Positions 12,523 to 25,170 of a DNA stretch of 64,000 nt are shown one piece after another (within the stretch, counting starts at the first letter, position 1; each line of letters starts with the position of its first letter). The notes beneath the pieces were generated by a model that did not search any database, was not told where the DNA came from, and saw only the letters and a list, made by a program, of their open reading frames with translations. The stretch comes from Sphyrna mokarran (Eukaryota): assembly GCA_024679065.1 (NCBI GenBank), contig JAGIQG010000040.1, positions 3,286,001-3,350,000 on the forward strand. The letters run 5' to 3'. A program made the position numbers and the translations under genes.

Positions 12523-13304
12523 GTGTAAACCTTTCCCTTCTAATCCTTAAAAATGGAGTTTTGAAAACCTAGGATTTGTCAGTCTTGAATAGAATTTCAC
12601 AATATTCTCTCTTCCTGCTGCCTGGTTCAGGAAACCTTAAGCAGGAACATGTGCGCAATGGAAGTAGTTCAAAGAATGCTCATTACCTGATTCCTGGGAT
12701 GAAGGGTTTGTCCAATGAGGAAAGACAGAGCAGGTTAGGTCTTTACTGAATGGAGTTCAGAAGAAAGGGGATGAGGTTGAAACATACATGATTCTGAGGG
12801 CACTTATAGATATAGATATAGATATAGAACATTACAGCACAGAACAGGTCCTTCGGCCTTTGATGTTGTGCTGACCAAAATAAAAAGCAATGCCCCTCCA
12901 AACTAAACCATTCCCTTCTCTTCCATATACTTATCAATTAATATACTTGACAGGACAGATGTTGAGAGATGTTTCCCTATATTGAAGAATTTAGAAAGAG
13001 GAAACACAGTTTAAAAATAAGGGTTCTCCCATTAAAATACTATGAAGAGATAATACCCTTCATCAGTGATTTGATTTATTGTTACATGTATTGGTATATA
13101 GTGAAACATATTGTTTCTTGTATGGTTTACAGACAAAGTATACTGTTCATAGAATACATGGGGAGAAGGACGGAGTGCCAAATATAGTGTTACAGTCATA
13201 GTAGAGAAAGATCAAGTTAATATAAGATAGATCTATTAAGAGATTGAAATAGAACACTGTTAGAGAGTTTATAATGTTAGAGTAACATTTTAAATGCATA
13301 TAAT

Positions 13305-13932
13305 CATAGAATCTTTACAGTGCAGGAGGCCATTTGGCCCATTGAGTCTGACCCGACCACAATCCCACCCAGCCAATAGCCTCGTAGTCTTGTGCATTTA
13401 CTCTACCATTCCCCCTGACACTACGTGGTAATTTGAGCACGGCCAATCCACCTAACCTGCTCATCTTTGGACATTGAGAGGAAACCTGAGCATCCAGAGA
13501 AGACCCACAGAGACAGTGACCCAAGCTGGGAATCAAACCCTGTGGTGGCATGGTAGTACAGTGGTTAGCACTGCTGCTTCACAGGTCCAGGGTCCTGGGT
13601 TCGATTCCCAGCTCAGGTCACAATCTGTGTGGAGTTTGCATGTTCCTCCCTTGTGGGTTTTCTCCGGGTACTCCGGTTTCCTCCCACGGTCCAAAGGTGT
13701 ACGGGTTAGGTTGATTGGCCATGCTAAGAAATTGCCCCTGAGAGTCCCAAGATGCATAGTTTAGAGGGATTAGTGGGTATAATATGTAGAGATGTGGGGG
13801 TAGGGCCTGGGTGGGACTGTGTTCAGGGCAGACTCGATGGGCCGAAGGGCCTCTTTCTGCACGGTAGGGTTCTATGGTTCTATCCCTGCTGCTGTGAGGC
13901 AGCAGTGCTAACCACTGTGTTACCGTGCCATC
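13305..13932. mobile_element. Nested SINEs: full-length + strand SINE (13543-13883) inside a - strand SINE
   Basis: The host is interrupted in its B-box region. CCCTG at both junctions. Confidence 0.85.
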
Positions 13933-14119
13933 CTGGAACAAAAGTAAAAGAGAATTAGTAGGTTTGCTGGGAACAGTCTCAAGAAGCCACCATTCTGGAT
14001 GAGTACATGGGACTTAATAGGATTGAGATTTATGGGTAGGCTTAGTCGGGAGGGATATGATCAGTGCAACTTGTGGGCTGAAGGGCCTGTTTGCGCTGTA
14101 GTTTTTCTATGTTCTATAC

Positions 14120-14368
14120 TCCAGCAATATCTGAGGTCATGTACTAACCGACTCAAGAACAGCTTCTTCCCCTGCTGCTGTCAGACTTTTGAACGGACCT
14201 ACCTTGCATTAAGTTGATCTTCCTCTACGCCCTAGCTATGCCTGCAACACGACATCCTGCACTCCCTCGTCTCCTTCTCTGCGAAGGGTACGTTTTGTCT
14301 GTACAGCGCCCAAGAAGCAATACTTTTCGCTGTACGTTGACACACGCGACGATAATATATCAAAAAAT
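14120..14368 (+). mobile_element. Rex1/L2-clade LINE 3' fragment
   Basis: Encodes CTNRLKNSFFP, resembling the Rex1-type ORF C-terminus. Confidence 0.5.
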
Positions 14369-14629
14369 TGGTGAGGTTGGGTCAACGAATTCACTCAAGG
14401 CTTGAGTTAGACAGATTTTTTGATCTCCGCAGGAGCCAAGGGGAGGTGTGGACAGAGTCAGGAAAGTAGAATGGAGATCGGCCTGGGTCTTGCAGGACAG
14501 AGCAGCAGGGGTAAAGAGGTCCTAATTCTGATGTTCATGCCCCAATGCCTGTGGTTAACCCTGGGTTGTCACCATGAGCTGAGCTCAGAGTGAGAGCAGA
14601 ATCACTCATCACTTCTCTGCTGGTCCCGG

Positions 14630-15200
14630 GAACCCCGCCCACTCATTGTTACGTCACGCGGATAGCAAGCACATGCGCGCCACGCCTCCCTCAACGCACA
14701 TAGCCGCGCATGCGCCTCGCTCCCCTCTCAACAAAGATGGCGCCCGGCGTCCTGGGCCTGTTTCCGGGGAAAAACTCCCCGCGGTTACAAAGCGAGGAAC
14801 CGCAGGCCCCGGCGGCCTCCAGCCGGGGTTTGTGTGAGGCCCCTTCCGTTCCCACCCCGACTCCGAGGCTCCATTCCTCTCTCCGACTGAAAAAAAAAAC
14901 CCGCCCCTATTCACTCGAGCAGAGTGATTTGAGTCCGACCTCGCGGCCCGCGGTCGGTGTTTGCGAAGCCTCCGGACTCTTCCCCCACCCCCCCGGGGGG
15001 GGGCTCGGGGCTCCGGGCTCCATGCCCTCCCTCCGCCCCGCTGACTCTCACCCGCTGAAATCGGCCTCTCCCGCCGGGCTCCCAGGAAAAGTGACACGGC
15101 GCATGCTCCCGATACAGCGCCGCGCCTGCGCATGGGCCGCCGGTGGAGTGAATACGGCGCTTTCACACCCGCGGCGAATGCTGGGTAACTACGGCGCCAT
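14630..15200 (-). promoter_or_regulatory. CpG island: probable promoter and first exon of the ZNF gene, possibly bidirectional
   Basis: Very CpG-dense. NRF1-like GCGCATGCGC, YY1-like AAGATGGCG, CRE-like TTACGTCA and GC boxes. Candidate - strand donor GTGGGAA at ~14849-14855, as in the paralogous promoter at 1021. Confidence 0.65.
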
Positions 15201-15220
15201 TGAACTGTGACTCTGAGATG

Positions 15221-15830
15221 AGAACAAAAGAATCCTTCGGCCCAACGAGCCCGCGCCGCCACCCCGATGTTCCCATCTCTACCCGTGATCCCTTGTCTAT
15301 GTTTATAGATCTATGGATTAAAAACCAAATTTGAGACAATTTACGGAGAATTTGTTTTGCCGATTAGCCTAAGAGCACATCTTTGGGACGTAGGAGGAAA
15401 CCGGAGCACCTGGAGAAAACCCACGCAAGCACGGGGAGAATGCGCAAACTCCCACCGACACAGGCCCAAATCTATGTGTCTGCACAGCACAGCGATAGTC
15501 ACTGAGCTGTCGTGTTGCCCATCAAACAGTCCAGGTCAAGCGTACACTAATGACGTGAAGCACTAGGATACTCGCGAAAAAAATCCAAGAGCAGCCCTGT
15601 CACGACCCATCGCGTGTATGCCCCTTGTTAGACAACAAGGTGGACCAAAGCGTCTGTAGGATAAAAACAAGTACATCAATATCATCATCTATTTACACAC
15701 TTCCCAGGGACTCCCAAGGCTCATGATCCCTATTTTAAATCAGTTTTCTATACCCCTCCATTCCCATGTTGTTCATGTGCCCATCTAAGTATTTCTTAAA
15801 TAACTCCAGAGTACCTGCCTCCACCACTTT
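15221..15830 (-). mobile_element. CR1 ORF2 end + long 3' UTR containing a SINE body (copy B)
   Basis: The - strand 15830-15735 reads KVVEAGTLELFKKYLDGHMNNMGMEGYRKLI*, followed by sequence shared with 12050-12522. Confidence 0.75.
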
Positions 15831-16749
15831 GCGGAAAATAATTTGTCACTTAATTGAGATAAACTACCTTTCCAAAAATGCGTGAAGTAATATACTTCAT
15901 TCCTAAACCCCTGCTCTCTTCAGCACACTAACGTTCCCCCCCTTTCTCATCCCCTGACTGTGCTCTGAATGGACTCAATCCCAGAATCATTGGTTTCTCT
16001 CACTTTTTCTCTCTATTCCCTGACGCTGACTGTTCATCCCATTTCACACGCAATCCATTCGACCTCTCATCCCTACACTGGCTCTTTGGACAATCTATCT
16101 GATTGCACTGCCAGGACAATTTATATCTGATGTAGCAGTGTAAGATTTGAATAGAGAAGGTTTAGTAGTTGATACTTGTAAGACACACACCCCTGTGGAA
16201 GCATCGACTGCCCAGTATATTAAACAGATATTAAGGATTCACTGGTTAGTTAAGCACACAGAATAGTTGACAGAGCTGAATTCAATAGCATCCCAGATAC
16301 ATTAGTGACATGATTTTGAAAGAGTCAATATGGGGACTATTCTCAGTGTCATAGAACAGATGAATTATGGGGTTAGCAGGGGCCGAAATATCCTGAAAGT
16401 TCACAATTACAAATTAAAAAAAAGTTTATTTGTTTGTCACAAGTAAGTTTACATTAACTCTGCAAAGAAGTTACTGTGAAAATCCTCTAGTACCACATTC
16501 CAGTGCGTGTTCAGGTATACTGATTGAGAATTTAGCATGGCCAATGCACCTAACCGCCTAATTTGGTCGGGATGTTGCATTTTGAAAGAATCCAGTATAC
16601 TTGTAATTATACTTAATTATACTTATAATTAGCGGGGTAAATATGTGGGGTTATGAGGATAAGGTACAAGTGGGAGTATTGTCAGTGCAGATCCGATAGG
16701 ATGAATGGCTTCCTCCTGCATTGTAGGGTCTCTATGATTCTATGAACTG

Positions 16750-17340
16750 TCTAAATTCTTTTTAAAGGTCAAAATTATACCATGCTCTATTACAGCCTCT
16801 GGCATTTTGTTCCAGACACTCATCGCCCTCTGTGTGAAAACATTGTCCTTTTAACCTTTTTGTATTCCTTTGCTCTCAGCTTAAAACTATGCCCTAGACT
16901 CCCCTACCTTCAAGAAAAGATGTTGACTACCGAGCTGATCTATGCCCTCATTATTTTATAGATCTCTATAAGATCACCTCTAAGCCTTCTACTCGCCAGG
17001 GAAAAAGTCCCAATCTATCCAGTCTCTCCTTATAACTCAAACCATCAACTCCCGGTAGCATCCTGATAAATACTTTCTACACTAATCATATCCTTTCTAT
17101 TATAGAGTGACAAGAACTATACACAATATTCCAAGTGTGCCCTTACTAGTATATTGTACAGCTTCAAAAAGACATCAACTTCTGTATTTCAATGCTCTAA
17201 CTGATAAAATCAAGTATGCTGAATGTCTTCTTCACCACTCAATCCATCAGTGACTCCATTTTCAAGGACTTATGAACTTGTACCCCTCGCTCCCTTTGTT
17301 CTATAACTCTCCCCAATGCCCTACTATTAACTGAGGGAGC
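16750..17340 (-). mobile_element. Degenerate CR1 fragment
   Basis: Collinear with the CR1 at 21220-21985. Confidence 0.75.
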
Positions 17341-17869
17341 TCTGTCCTATTATTGTTAAATACCCACTACCGCATTTAACCCAGAGATTACTATGATAGC
17401 AGCAATTCACACACCGTCCTGACTTAGAGCTATAGTATATTCCTTTCACTGTCTGTGGATCACAATTCTGGAATTCATTCGCTAACAGCACTTTGGTGAT
17501 ATCTACACCTCACGGATTGCAGCGATTCTAGAAAGCAGTTCACCACCACCTTTCCATGGCCAAGACAGCAACGTTCACTTTTAGAAACTTTTTTTTTACC
17601 GACAGCCGGAGCGATATTTGGGATTCCAATGTTTGGACTGAGAGCCCATGTCATTTAATTCAAAAAGAAAACCATTATTTTCAACTTGATTTCTCAACTT
17701 ATCTTGAACTTCAAATTTCAAAAGCGTTCGTCTGGCAAATATCTAAAGGAGCAATGTTTCCACTCATTCATTAATGAATCATTCTCATCTTCCTTCGAAA
17801 AATGTCAACCAATTATACTCATCATTTGTTTCATTATTCAATATTTAGTATCAATACATTATTTAATAC

Positions 17870-18340
17870 ATAGAATCATAGAATAAAATCATAGAAAAAC
17901 TATAGCACAAGCAGGCTCTTTGGCCCACAAGTTGCGCCGATCTTATTTCTACCTACTAGGCTTAACAGTAAGCCTCAATCTTATTAAGTCCCATGTACTC
18001 TCCAGAAGTCTCTTAAAAGACCCTGTTGAATTTGCCTCCATCACCAATGACGGCCGCTGATTCCACGCACCCACCATCCTCTGAATGAAAAACTTACCTC
18101 CGTACCTACTCCCCAGCATTTTAAACCTGTGTCCTCTTGGGCAGCCATTTCAGCCCTGGGAAAAAGCCTCCGAAAATCTACCTGATCAATACCCCTCATC
18201 ATTTTATACACCTCTATTAGTTCCCCTCTCATCCTTCATCTCTCCAAGGAGAAAAGACCGAGCTCTCTCAACCTATCCTCATAAGGCATGCCACCCAATC
18301 CAGGCAATATCCTTGTAAATCTCCTCCGCACCCATTCAAT
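17870..18340 (-). mobile_element. CR1 3' end
   Basis: [29 protein letters not shown] and a TTCTATG tail. Confidence 0.85.
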
Positions 18341-19602
18341 GGTTTCAATGGCTTCCATTATATTTTCTTTATGAATTGAATATCTCTGAAATTGGATAGC
18401 ACTGATTTGCAAACATAACTGACCAACACAATGAATCGAGTCATCGGCCAATACAGCTTATTTGAGATGGACCATAGTCATCTTTTGAACAAAGTTAGCT
18501 ATTTTTAATTGGAAGAGATGGAAATATAATCTGTCAGTTATACTTGAGCCTTTTTGACTATGGGTGTGCAATATTCAGGCGCATAAACTTCTGGGAAATT
18601 CCAGTTGATCCGCACTGAGTCTTGATTTCCTCATCTGTCTGTTTGTGTTTTCCTGCTTTTTTTTGTTATGAAGAATGGTTTTAAAGAAAATTCTTCTGGG
18701 AAACGAATGCCATTTCCTCTGGTTTATTGCCAGTCTCATTTGTGTCTATGTTTTTGAGCACACACTACTATTTGACATGTTTCGGATGGTGATTAACTAT
18801 GTTAGTCTGCACCTATTAAAACATTAAATTTCGTTGTACGGTGAACGACGTGCTAACTCGTCCATGAACTGATTCTCGATTTCCTCATCTGTCTGAGTGT
18901 ATTTTTTGTTCTTTTTTTATCATGGAGAATAATTTTAAAAAATGGGAAATATGTGTCATTTCTACTCGTTCAGTTACAGTTTAAATTGTGTGTGTCTTTA
19001 TGTCATATTACTATTAGAAATGTTTCTCATGACGATTGACTACATTAGTCTGCACCTATAAATCCATTCAATTCTGTTGTGGACTGAATGAGTTGCGAAT
19101 ATGTGCACAAATAATGCAAACATTTATTTGCTGCCATTGCATCCTAAGACAGAATTTCTGATTTTCCTAAAGGCATTTGAGGCTGAAGTCAAAATCAATA
19201 CAGTATGGATGTAACATAGAACTATAGAAAATTACAGCTCAGAAACAGGCCTTTTGGCCCTTCTTGTCTGTGTCGAACCATTTTTTGCCTAGTCCCACTG
19301 ACCTGCGCTTGGACCATATCTCTCCACACCCCTCTCGCCCATGAACCTGTCCAAGTTTTTCTTAAATGTTAAAAGTGACCCCGCATTTACCACTTCATCC
19401 AGCAGCTCATTCAAAATAGAAACATTTCTTTTCTGTCAGTGAGTCTAAGAAACCAGCAGTTCTTATTTTACAGAAAGCATTTGAGGCCTTGAGCAAAACA
19501 ACATAATATGGTTGAAACATAGAGATTCGGATAGTGTTCAGCAACAAGCTGAAATCATACAGGTTTTCCTCACCCTACTTGAGAAAGAGAAACCTTAATG
19601 AA

Positions 19603-19675
19603 CATTTCTGTCTGGTTTCGACCTGGGCATCTTTTGCGTGTTTGGCAAACTTGAGAACCACTGCACTACAGAAAC
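19603..19675 (-). pseudogene. tRNA-Val(AAC)-derived pseudogene
   Basis: GTTTCTGTAGTGCAGTGGTTCTCAAGTTTGCCAAACACGCAAAAGATGCCCAGGTCGAAACCAGACAGAAATG is a 73-nt collinear but mutated version of vertebrate tRNA-Val. Confidence 0.8.
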
Positions 19676-19883
19676 AAATGACAGCATACAAGTGCCAACT
19701 GATCTCGCTACAATCTCAACTCCACTGTGTTGCTGCAGATTCGAATGGTTAGATTGAGGACCCGTATCACTTAATACAAGAACAGATCTGTTACTTTGAA
19801 CCTGATACCTCAGCTTATCTAGAATTTCAAAATTTAAAAGCGTTCGTCTGGCAAATATCTAAACAAGCAATGATTTCATAGTC

Positions 19884-20228
19884 GTAGAATCATAGAATTC
19901 TATACAGTGCAGAAAGAAGCCCTTCGGCCCATCGAGTCTGCACAATCCTACCCAGGCCCTACCCCCAAATCCCAATAGTTTACCCACTCATTCCTCTAAC
20001 CTATGCATCTCAGGACGCTAAGGGGCAGTTTTAGCATGGCCAATCAACCTAATTCACGCATCTTTGAACATTGGGAGGAAACTGGAGCAGCCAGAGAAAA
20101 TCCACGCAGACACGAGGAGAACATGCAAACGCCACACGGACAGTGACAGTGACCCGAGCCGGGAATCGAACCCAGATCCCTGGAGCTGTGAAGCAGCAGT
20201 GCTAAACACTGTGCTACCGTGCCACCCC
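19884..20228 (-). mobile_element. Full-length tRNA-derived SINE
   Basis: A/B boxes (GGTAGCACAGTG / GGTTCGATTCCC), central core and CR1-derived tail. Confidence 0.9.
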
Positions 20229-21219
20229 TAATCATTATCTTCCATCGAATAATTTCACCAGTATTTGTCGTAAGTGAACATTTATTTTTAATACATTTGT
20301 TTAACACAGCTGCCATTTTGATTGCATATCTCTGAAATATACAACATTGCATAGTAAACATGACTAAATATTGTTCATTATAGGAAATCCAGCAGGTCTG
20401 CACTGATTCTCGATTTCCTCATCTGTCTGAGTGTTTTTTTTGTTTTTTTTTATCATGGAGAATAATTTTAAAAAATGGGAAATATGTGTCATTTCTACTC
20501 GTTCAGTTACAGTTTAAATTGTGTGTGCCTTTATGCCATATTACTATTAGAAATGTTTCTCATGACAATTGACTACGTTAGTCTGCACCTATAAATCCAT
20601 TCAATTCTGTTGTGGACTGAACGAGTTGCGAATATGTGCACAAATAATGCAAACATTTATTTGCTGCCATTGCATCCTAAGATACAGAATTTCTGATTTT
20701 TCCTAAAGGCATTTGAGGCTGAAGTCAAAATCAATATAGTATGGATGTAACATAGAACTATAGAAAATTACAGCTCAGAAACAGGCCTTTTGGCCCTTCT
20801 TGTCTGTGTCAAACCATTTTTTGCCTAGTCCCACTGACCTGCGCTTAGACCATATCTCTCCACACCCCTCTCGTCCATGAACCCGTCCAAGTTTTTCTTA
20901 AATGTTAAAAGTGACCCTGCATTTACCACTTCAGCTCATTCTGCACTCCCACCACTTTCTGCCTAATAATCCCTCCTAATATTCCCTTTAAACTTTTCTC
21001 CTTTCATTCTTAACCTACGCCCTCTGTTTCTTTTTCTCCCCTAGCCTCAGTGGAAAAAGCCTGCTTGCATTCGCTTTATCTATATCCATCAAAATCTTAT
21101 ACATCTTTATCAAATCTTCCTTCATTTTTCTGAATCACAGTTTCATTTCGATTGAAATCATGAAATACACCTTGGAGTTAAAACATTGTGCTTTTTTTTG
21201 CTGACTGCTTGTTTCAAGT

Positions 21220-21985
21220 TATAGAGTCATAGAGCATCACAGCATGGAAACAGGCCTTTTGGCCCAATTTGTCCATGCCACCCTTATTTTTTTAAAGCTT
21301 TAAGCTAACCCCATTTGCCTGCATTTGGCCCATATCCCTCTATACCCATCGTGTTCATGTAACTGTCTAAATACTTTTTAAAAAATAACGTTGTACCCGC
21401 CTCTACTGCTATCTCTGGCAACTTGTTCCAAACACTCAAAGCTCTCTGTGTGAAAAAATTGGCCCTCTGGACACTTTTCCATCTCTCCCCTCTCACCTTA
21501 AACGTATTCCCTCTAGTATTAGACTCCTCTATCTTTGGGAAAAGGCTTTGACTATCTACCTTGTCAATGCCCCTCATTATTTTATAGACCTCTATTACAT
21601 CACCCCTCAGCCTCCTATTCTCCAGAGGAAAAAGGTCCCAGTCTATTCAGCTTCTCCTCAATCCATCAAGTCCTGGTAACATACTAAAAAATAATTTCTG
21701 CATAAGTCTTTTCTGCACTCTTTCTAGTTTAATAATATCCTTTCTATAAGACGGTGACCAGAATTGCACACGGTGTTCCAAGTGTGGACTTACCAATGTC
21801 TTGTACAACTTCAACAAGACGTCCCAACTCGTGTATTCAATGTTCTGACTGATGAAACCAAGCACGCCAAATGCCTTCATTACCACTCTGTCCACCTGCG
21901 ACTCCACTTTCAAGGAGCTATGAACATCTACCTCTAGATATCTTTGTTCTGTGACACTCCCAAATGCCCTACCATCCCAAGTCAC
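21220..21985 (-). mobile_element. CR1 3' fragment
   Basis: LYKTLVSPHLEH.VQFWSP and FFTQRALSVWNKLP. Confidence 0.9.
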
Positions 21986-22404
21986 AAATAGGGATGTTCT
22001 TGGTTATTTCTGCCCCATGATATAGCCCCATGATATAGCGGACTAAGAAGATTACAGTTATCACAGGCATTCAAAACAGGTTCATTTTTTCAATATCAAT
22101 TCTCAAGGTACTAATCCTATACCCACAGAGTCATCTATGTAATTTCTATAAATAATAGAAATAGACCCAGTACTTAAGTACACCACTGGACACGGGCCTT
22201 CAGCTACAATGGCAGCCTTCTATCATCACTCTTTCTCCTATCACCCAGGTTAGTTTCCTGGACCCTATGAACACCGTATAATATCATATATTCAATTGGT
22301 GTCAACTTTTGGTCAGAATCAGTTAAGTTACAAGGACCATACTTCGCAGGGTAGTGATGAAACCAATCTCAAAATTACACCATTTCTGTATCTATTTTGA
22401 TTCA

Positions 22405-22710
22405 TGACGTGGAGCTGCTGGCGTTGAACTGGGGTAGGCATAGTAAATAGACTCACAACACCAGGTTAAAGTCCAACAGGTTTATTTGGGAGCACGAGCT
22501 TTTCAAACACCGCCCCTTCATCAGGTGAGTGCAGGATTTGTTTCACAGGCAGTGCATATGTAGACACAAACTCAATTACAAAGTAATGATTGGAATGCGA
22601 GTCTTAACAGGTAATCAACATTTAAAAATGAAAAAAATGTGGATGAAGAGAAGGTTAAATATAGCTTAAAGAGGTGTGAATTATAGCCAGCAGGACAGTT
22701 AGTGAGAATC
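22405..22710 (-). mobile_element. Penelope-like element remnant with degenerate hammerhead core
   Basis: Same family as 62384-62579. The - strand reads CCTGATGAAGGGGCGGTGTTTGAAAAGCTC. Confidence 0.6.
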
Positions 22711-23135
22711 ACTTTTGATTCAGAACGTCTCCCTCATGCTGGAATATATTCGTTCTCAATTAGTTATTGATTTAATGATGATCATCGACAAAACTGTTTT
22801 TCAGTCCTCAATTTCAAACATTATCAGAGCAACAGCTTAGGTCTAGGCGTTTCCATTCATTAGCATGCAATTTGCTACAGGGAAGACTTGCACCACAGTA
22901 GTTCTAAGGCCCAGGATTAGATATGATTCTGGTTTGTTACCGCCTGTCCAATTCGATTCTGCAGTTTGTTCTATTTTCTCTGTCGCTCCGGGAAACAGTT
23001 GTCTGTCAGTTTGTTTCGAGGTTAATGTGGCTTAATTTTATTGCGTGTTTGAGTGGCTGAGGGCGGTACTCCACATTGTGGCTGCATCTGTCCCAGATTC
23101 TACACAAACCCCAACAGACAGGATCTCCCACACAC

Positions 23136-23174
23136 AATTTTTGTACAGGGGAGAGACTGTTTTGTAGCACTGTG
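23136..23174 (-). other. 23-RSS of V1
   Basis: CACAGTG-23 bp-ACAAAAATT. Confidence 0.92.
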
Positions 23175-23632
23175 AGCCTGAGAGCGCAGTAATACACGGC
23201 AGCGTTTTTCAGCTGCAAACTCGAGGTAGTCAAACTGGTGAATTTGTTCGCGATTTGAAGCTCCACGGAGAACCGTGTTTTAGCAAAATCTGCTTTCTCT
23301 TCATAATTACTCGTGCTCTTCAGCAGCACAAGCTCGGGCTGTGTCTCTGGATACTGTCGGTACCAATATAACGTATAGCCGCTCAGTGTAGTCTCATAGC
23401 TACAGTTTAAAGTCACCACTTCTCCTTCTGTCTTTGTATCTGATGAGAGTGGCTGAGTGACAGTGTCTGCATGAGCCCCATCTGGAAGAAGAGCAGAAAA
23501 GTTACCATTGGCAGCTGATCACATTCTGATTTAGCCCATAGTTGGGAAACTTGGGAAAGGACGTAATGTCTTTCCTACATAGTTACCTGCCAGGAATGCT
23601 CCCCACACAATCCAGATGCTGAGTAGTCGCAT
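23175..23632 (-). CDS. TCR alpha/delta V segment V1 (delta-like), open; leader 23632-23587, V exon 23481-23175
   Basis: Leader MRLLSIWIVWGAFLA with GTAACT donor and TTCCAG acceptor in phase 1. DTVTQP...VTLNCSY...WYRQ...FAKTRFS...AVYYCALR. Followed by an RSS. Confidence 0.9.
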
Positions 23633-24832
23633 TCTATCTGCCCGCTCTGTGAAAGGGCTGCTCGGTATTTGAAGACACCCTTTGTAAACCTCGCCTTCTA
23701 TAATCTGCTGTCGTGTTTCAGCGTGTTCTCAGCTCACTTCCTGTGTCCCCAGATTGACATATCGTGAGGTCGTTACTAAAAGCACCTTGACACCAAATGC
23801 TAACACTATTCTTGAAAAAGGGAATGCATCCGCATTCACTGTCGGGGAAGAAAACGTTCCTGTGATCCAATAGGATGCTATTAATAAAGGAAAGGAATCG
23901 ATTTAACTTCATTTTTTTTCCTGATAATACATATTTAGCTTTAATACAAAGCAAAACGAGACACTCAGAGGCTACAAAGGGATAGGGGAGCATGAGCGTG
24001 TTTGCCAAAAAAAAAATGATCGATAGGAACATATTGAGGTTAAAAGATTTGGCGAGAAAAATAGAGAAAAATAAAATCATGCACTTAAATGGTGAGAATC
24101 AATTATATGTGCAGGCATTATACATATGCAACCTACAGGGTGGAGACAACAATCCAGAAGACAAATAACATTATGGACCTTCCTTCCAAAGCAATTGAGC
24201 TACACGAAAATTGTTACATTGCCGCAGTGGAAGAGGATTTTGGTTTGGCCAGTAATTGGAGAAAAGAGGGCAGTTCCTGCCAATGGTCGTAAGGAAGAAT
24301 GCATTTGCTCAAGGTTTTCAGGCGAAATGTTCAAGAGGGAACGACAGAGCAGTTTTGAGGCGGCGCACAGCCCCTTCCTTCCCCTATTCATTAGACGCCA
24401 CGACAGGGCTTGAGAAAAGCAGAAAGAGATCTTGAAAGAGGAAGAAGTAGTGAAGAATTATTTGAGGAAGGGAGAGAGTGAGTGGGAGAGGCAGGCGAAA
24501 TAATAAAGAGAGGGGGAATGGGAGAATCAGAGATGGAATGGAAGATGCAGTGGGAGAGGGGGCAGTGAACAATTAGGAAAATAACTGATGGTTGTGCGAG
24601 GTATATTATGACAGGGAGACACAGAGAGAGGTCAGGGGGCTTCCATGGATGAATAGTTCACTCGGTGTCCAAGCAGAATTTGGAAACTTGGTTCCTGTCT
24701 GTAATCAGTGTCATGGTATGAACCCTCTATCTCTTAATTCGCAGCAAGCAGTGTAAGCACTATGCAAATGGATGCTTCCTGGCTTTTTAAACACTAGTTT
24801 TTCCAATTGTTTCTTCTTGAAAATTGATGAAT

Positions 24833-25170
24833 ACCATAGAACCACACAGTACAGAAAAGGCCCTTCGGCCCATCAAGTCTGCACCGACTACAATCCCACC
24901 CAGGCCCCACTCCTATATCCGTACATATTTTACCCACTAATCCCTCCAACCTAAGCACCCCAGGACACTATGGGGCAATTTTAGCATGTCCAAACAACCT
25001 AACCCGCACATCTTTGGACTGTGGGAGGAAACCGCAGCACCCGGAGGAAACCCACGCAGGCACAAGGACAACGTGCAAACTCCACACAGACAGTGACCCA
25101 AGCCAGGAATCGAACCCAGGTTGCTGCCGCTATGAAGCAGAAGTGCTAACAACTGTGCTACAGTGCCACC
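24833..25170 (-). mobile_element. Full-length SINE
   Basis: Same family as 19884-20228. Confidence 0.9.

Larger units (their letters stand above)
17670..20945. repeat. Layered local duplications: 18868-19411 near-identical to 20402-20940; older copies at 18595-18867 and 17675-17770/19790-19880
   Basis: Direct visual alignment, including a shared CR1 tail insertion (CATAGAACTATAGAAAATTACAGCTCAG). Confidence 0.85.

Noticed and set aside
14646-15262. 166-202 aa Arg/Pro/Gly-rich ORFs
   Set aside because: Typical CpG-island open frames.
13543-25170. SINE heads as tRNA genes, and CACAGTG in SINE heads as RSSs
   Set aside because: The heads continue into SINE core and tail and lack a full cloverleaf. 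No nonamers were seen at 12/23 spacing.
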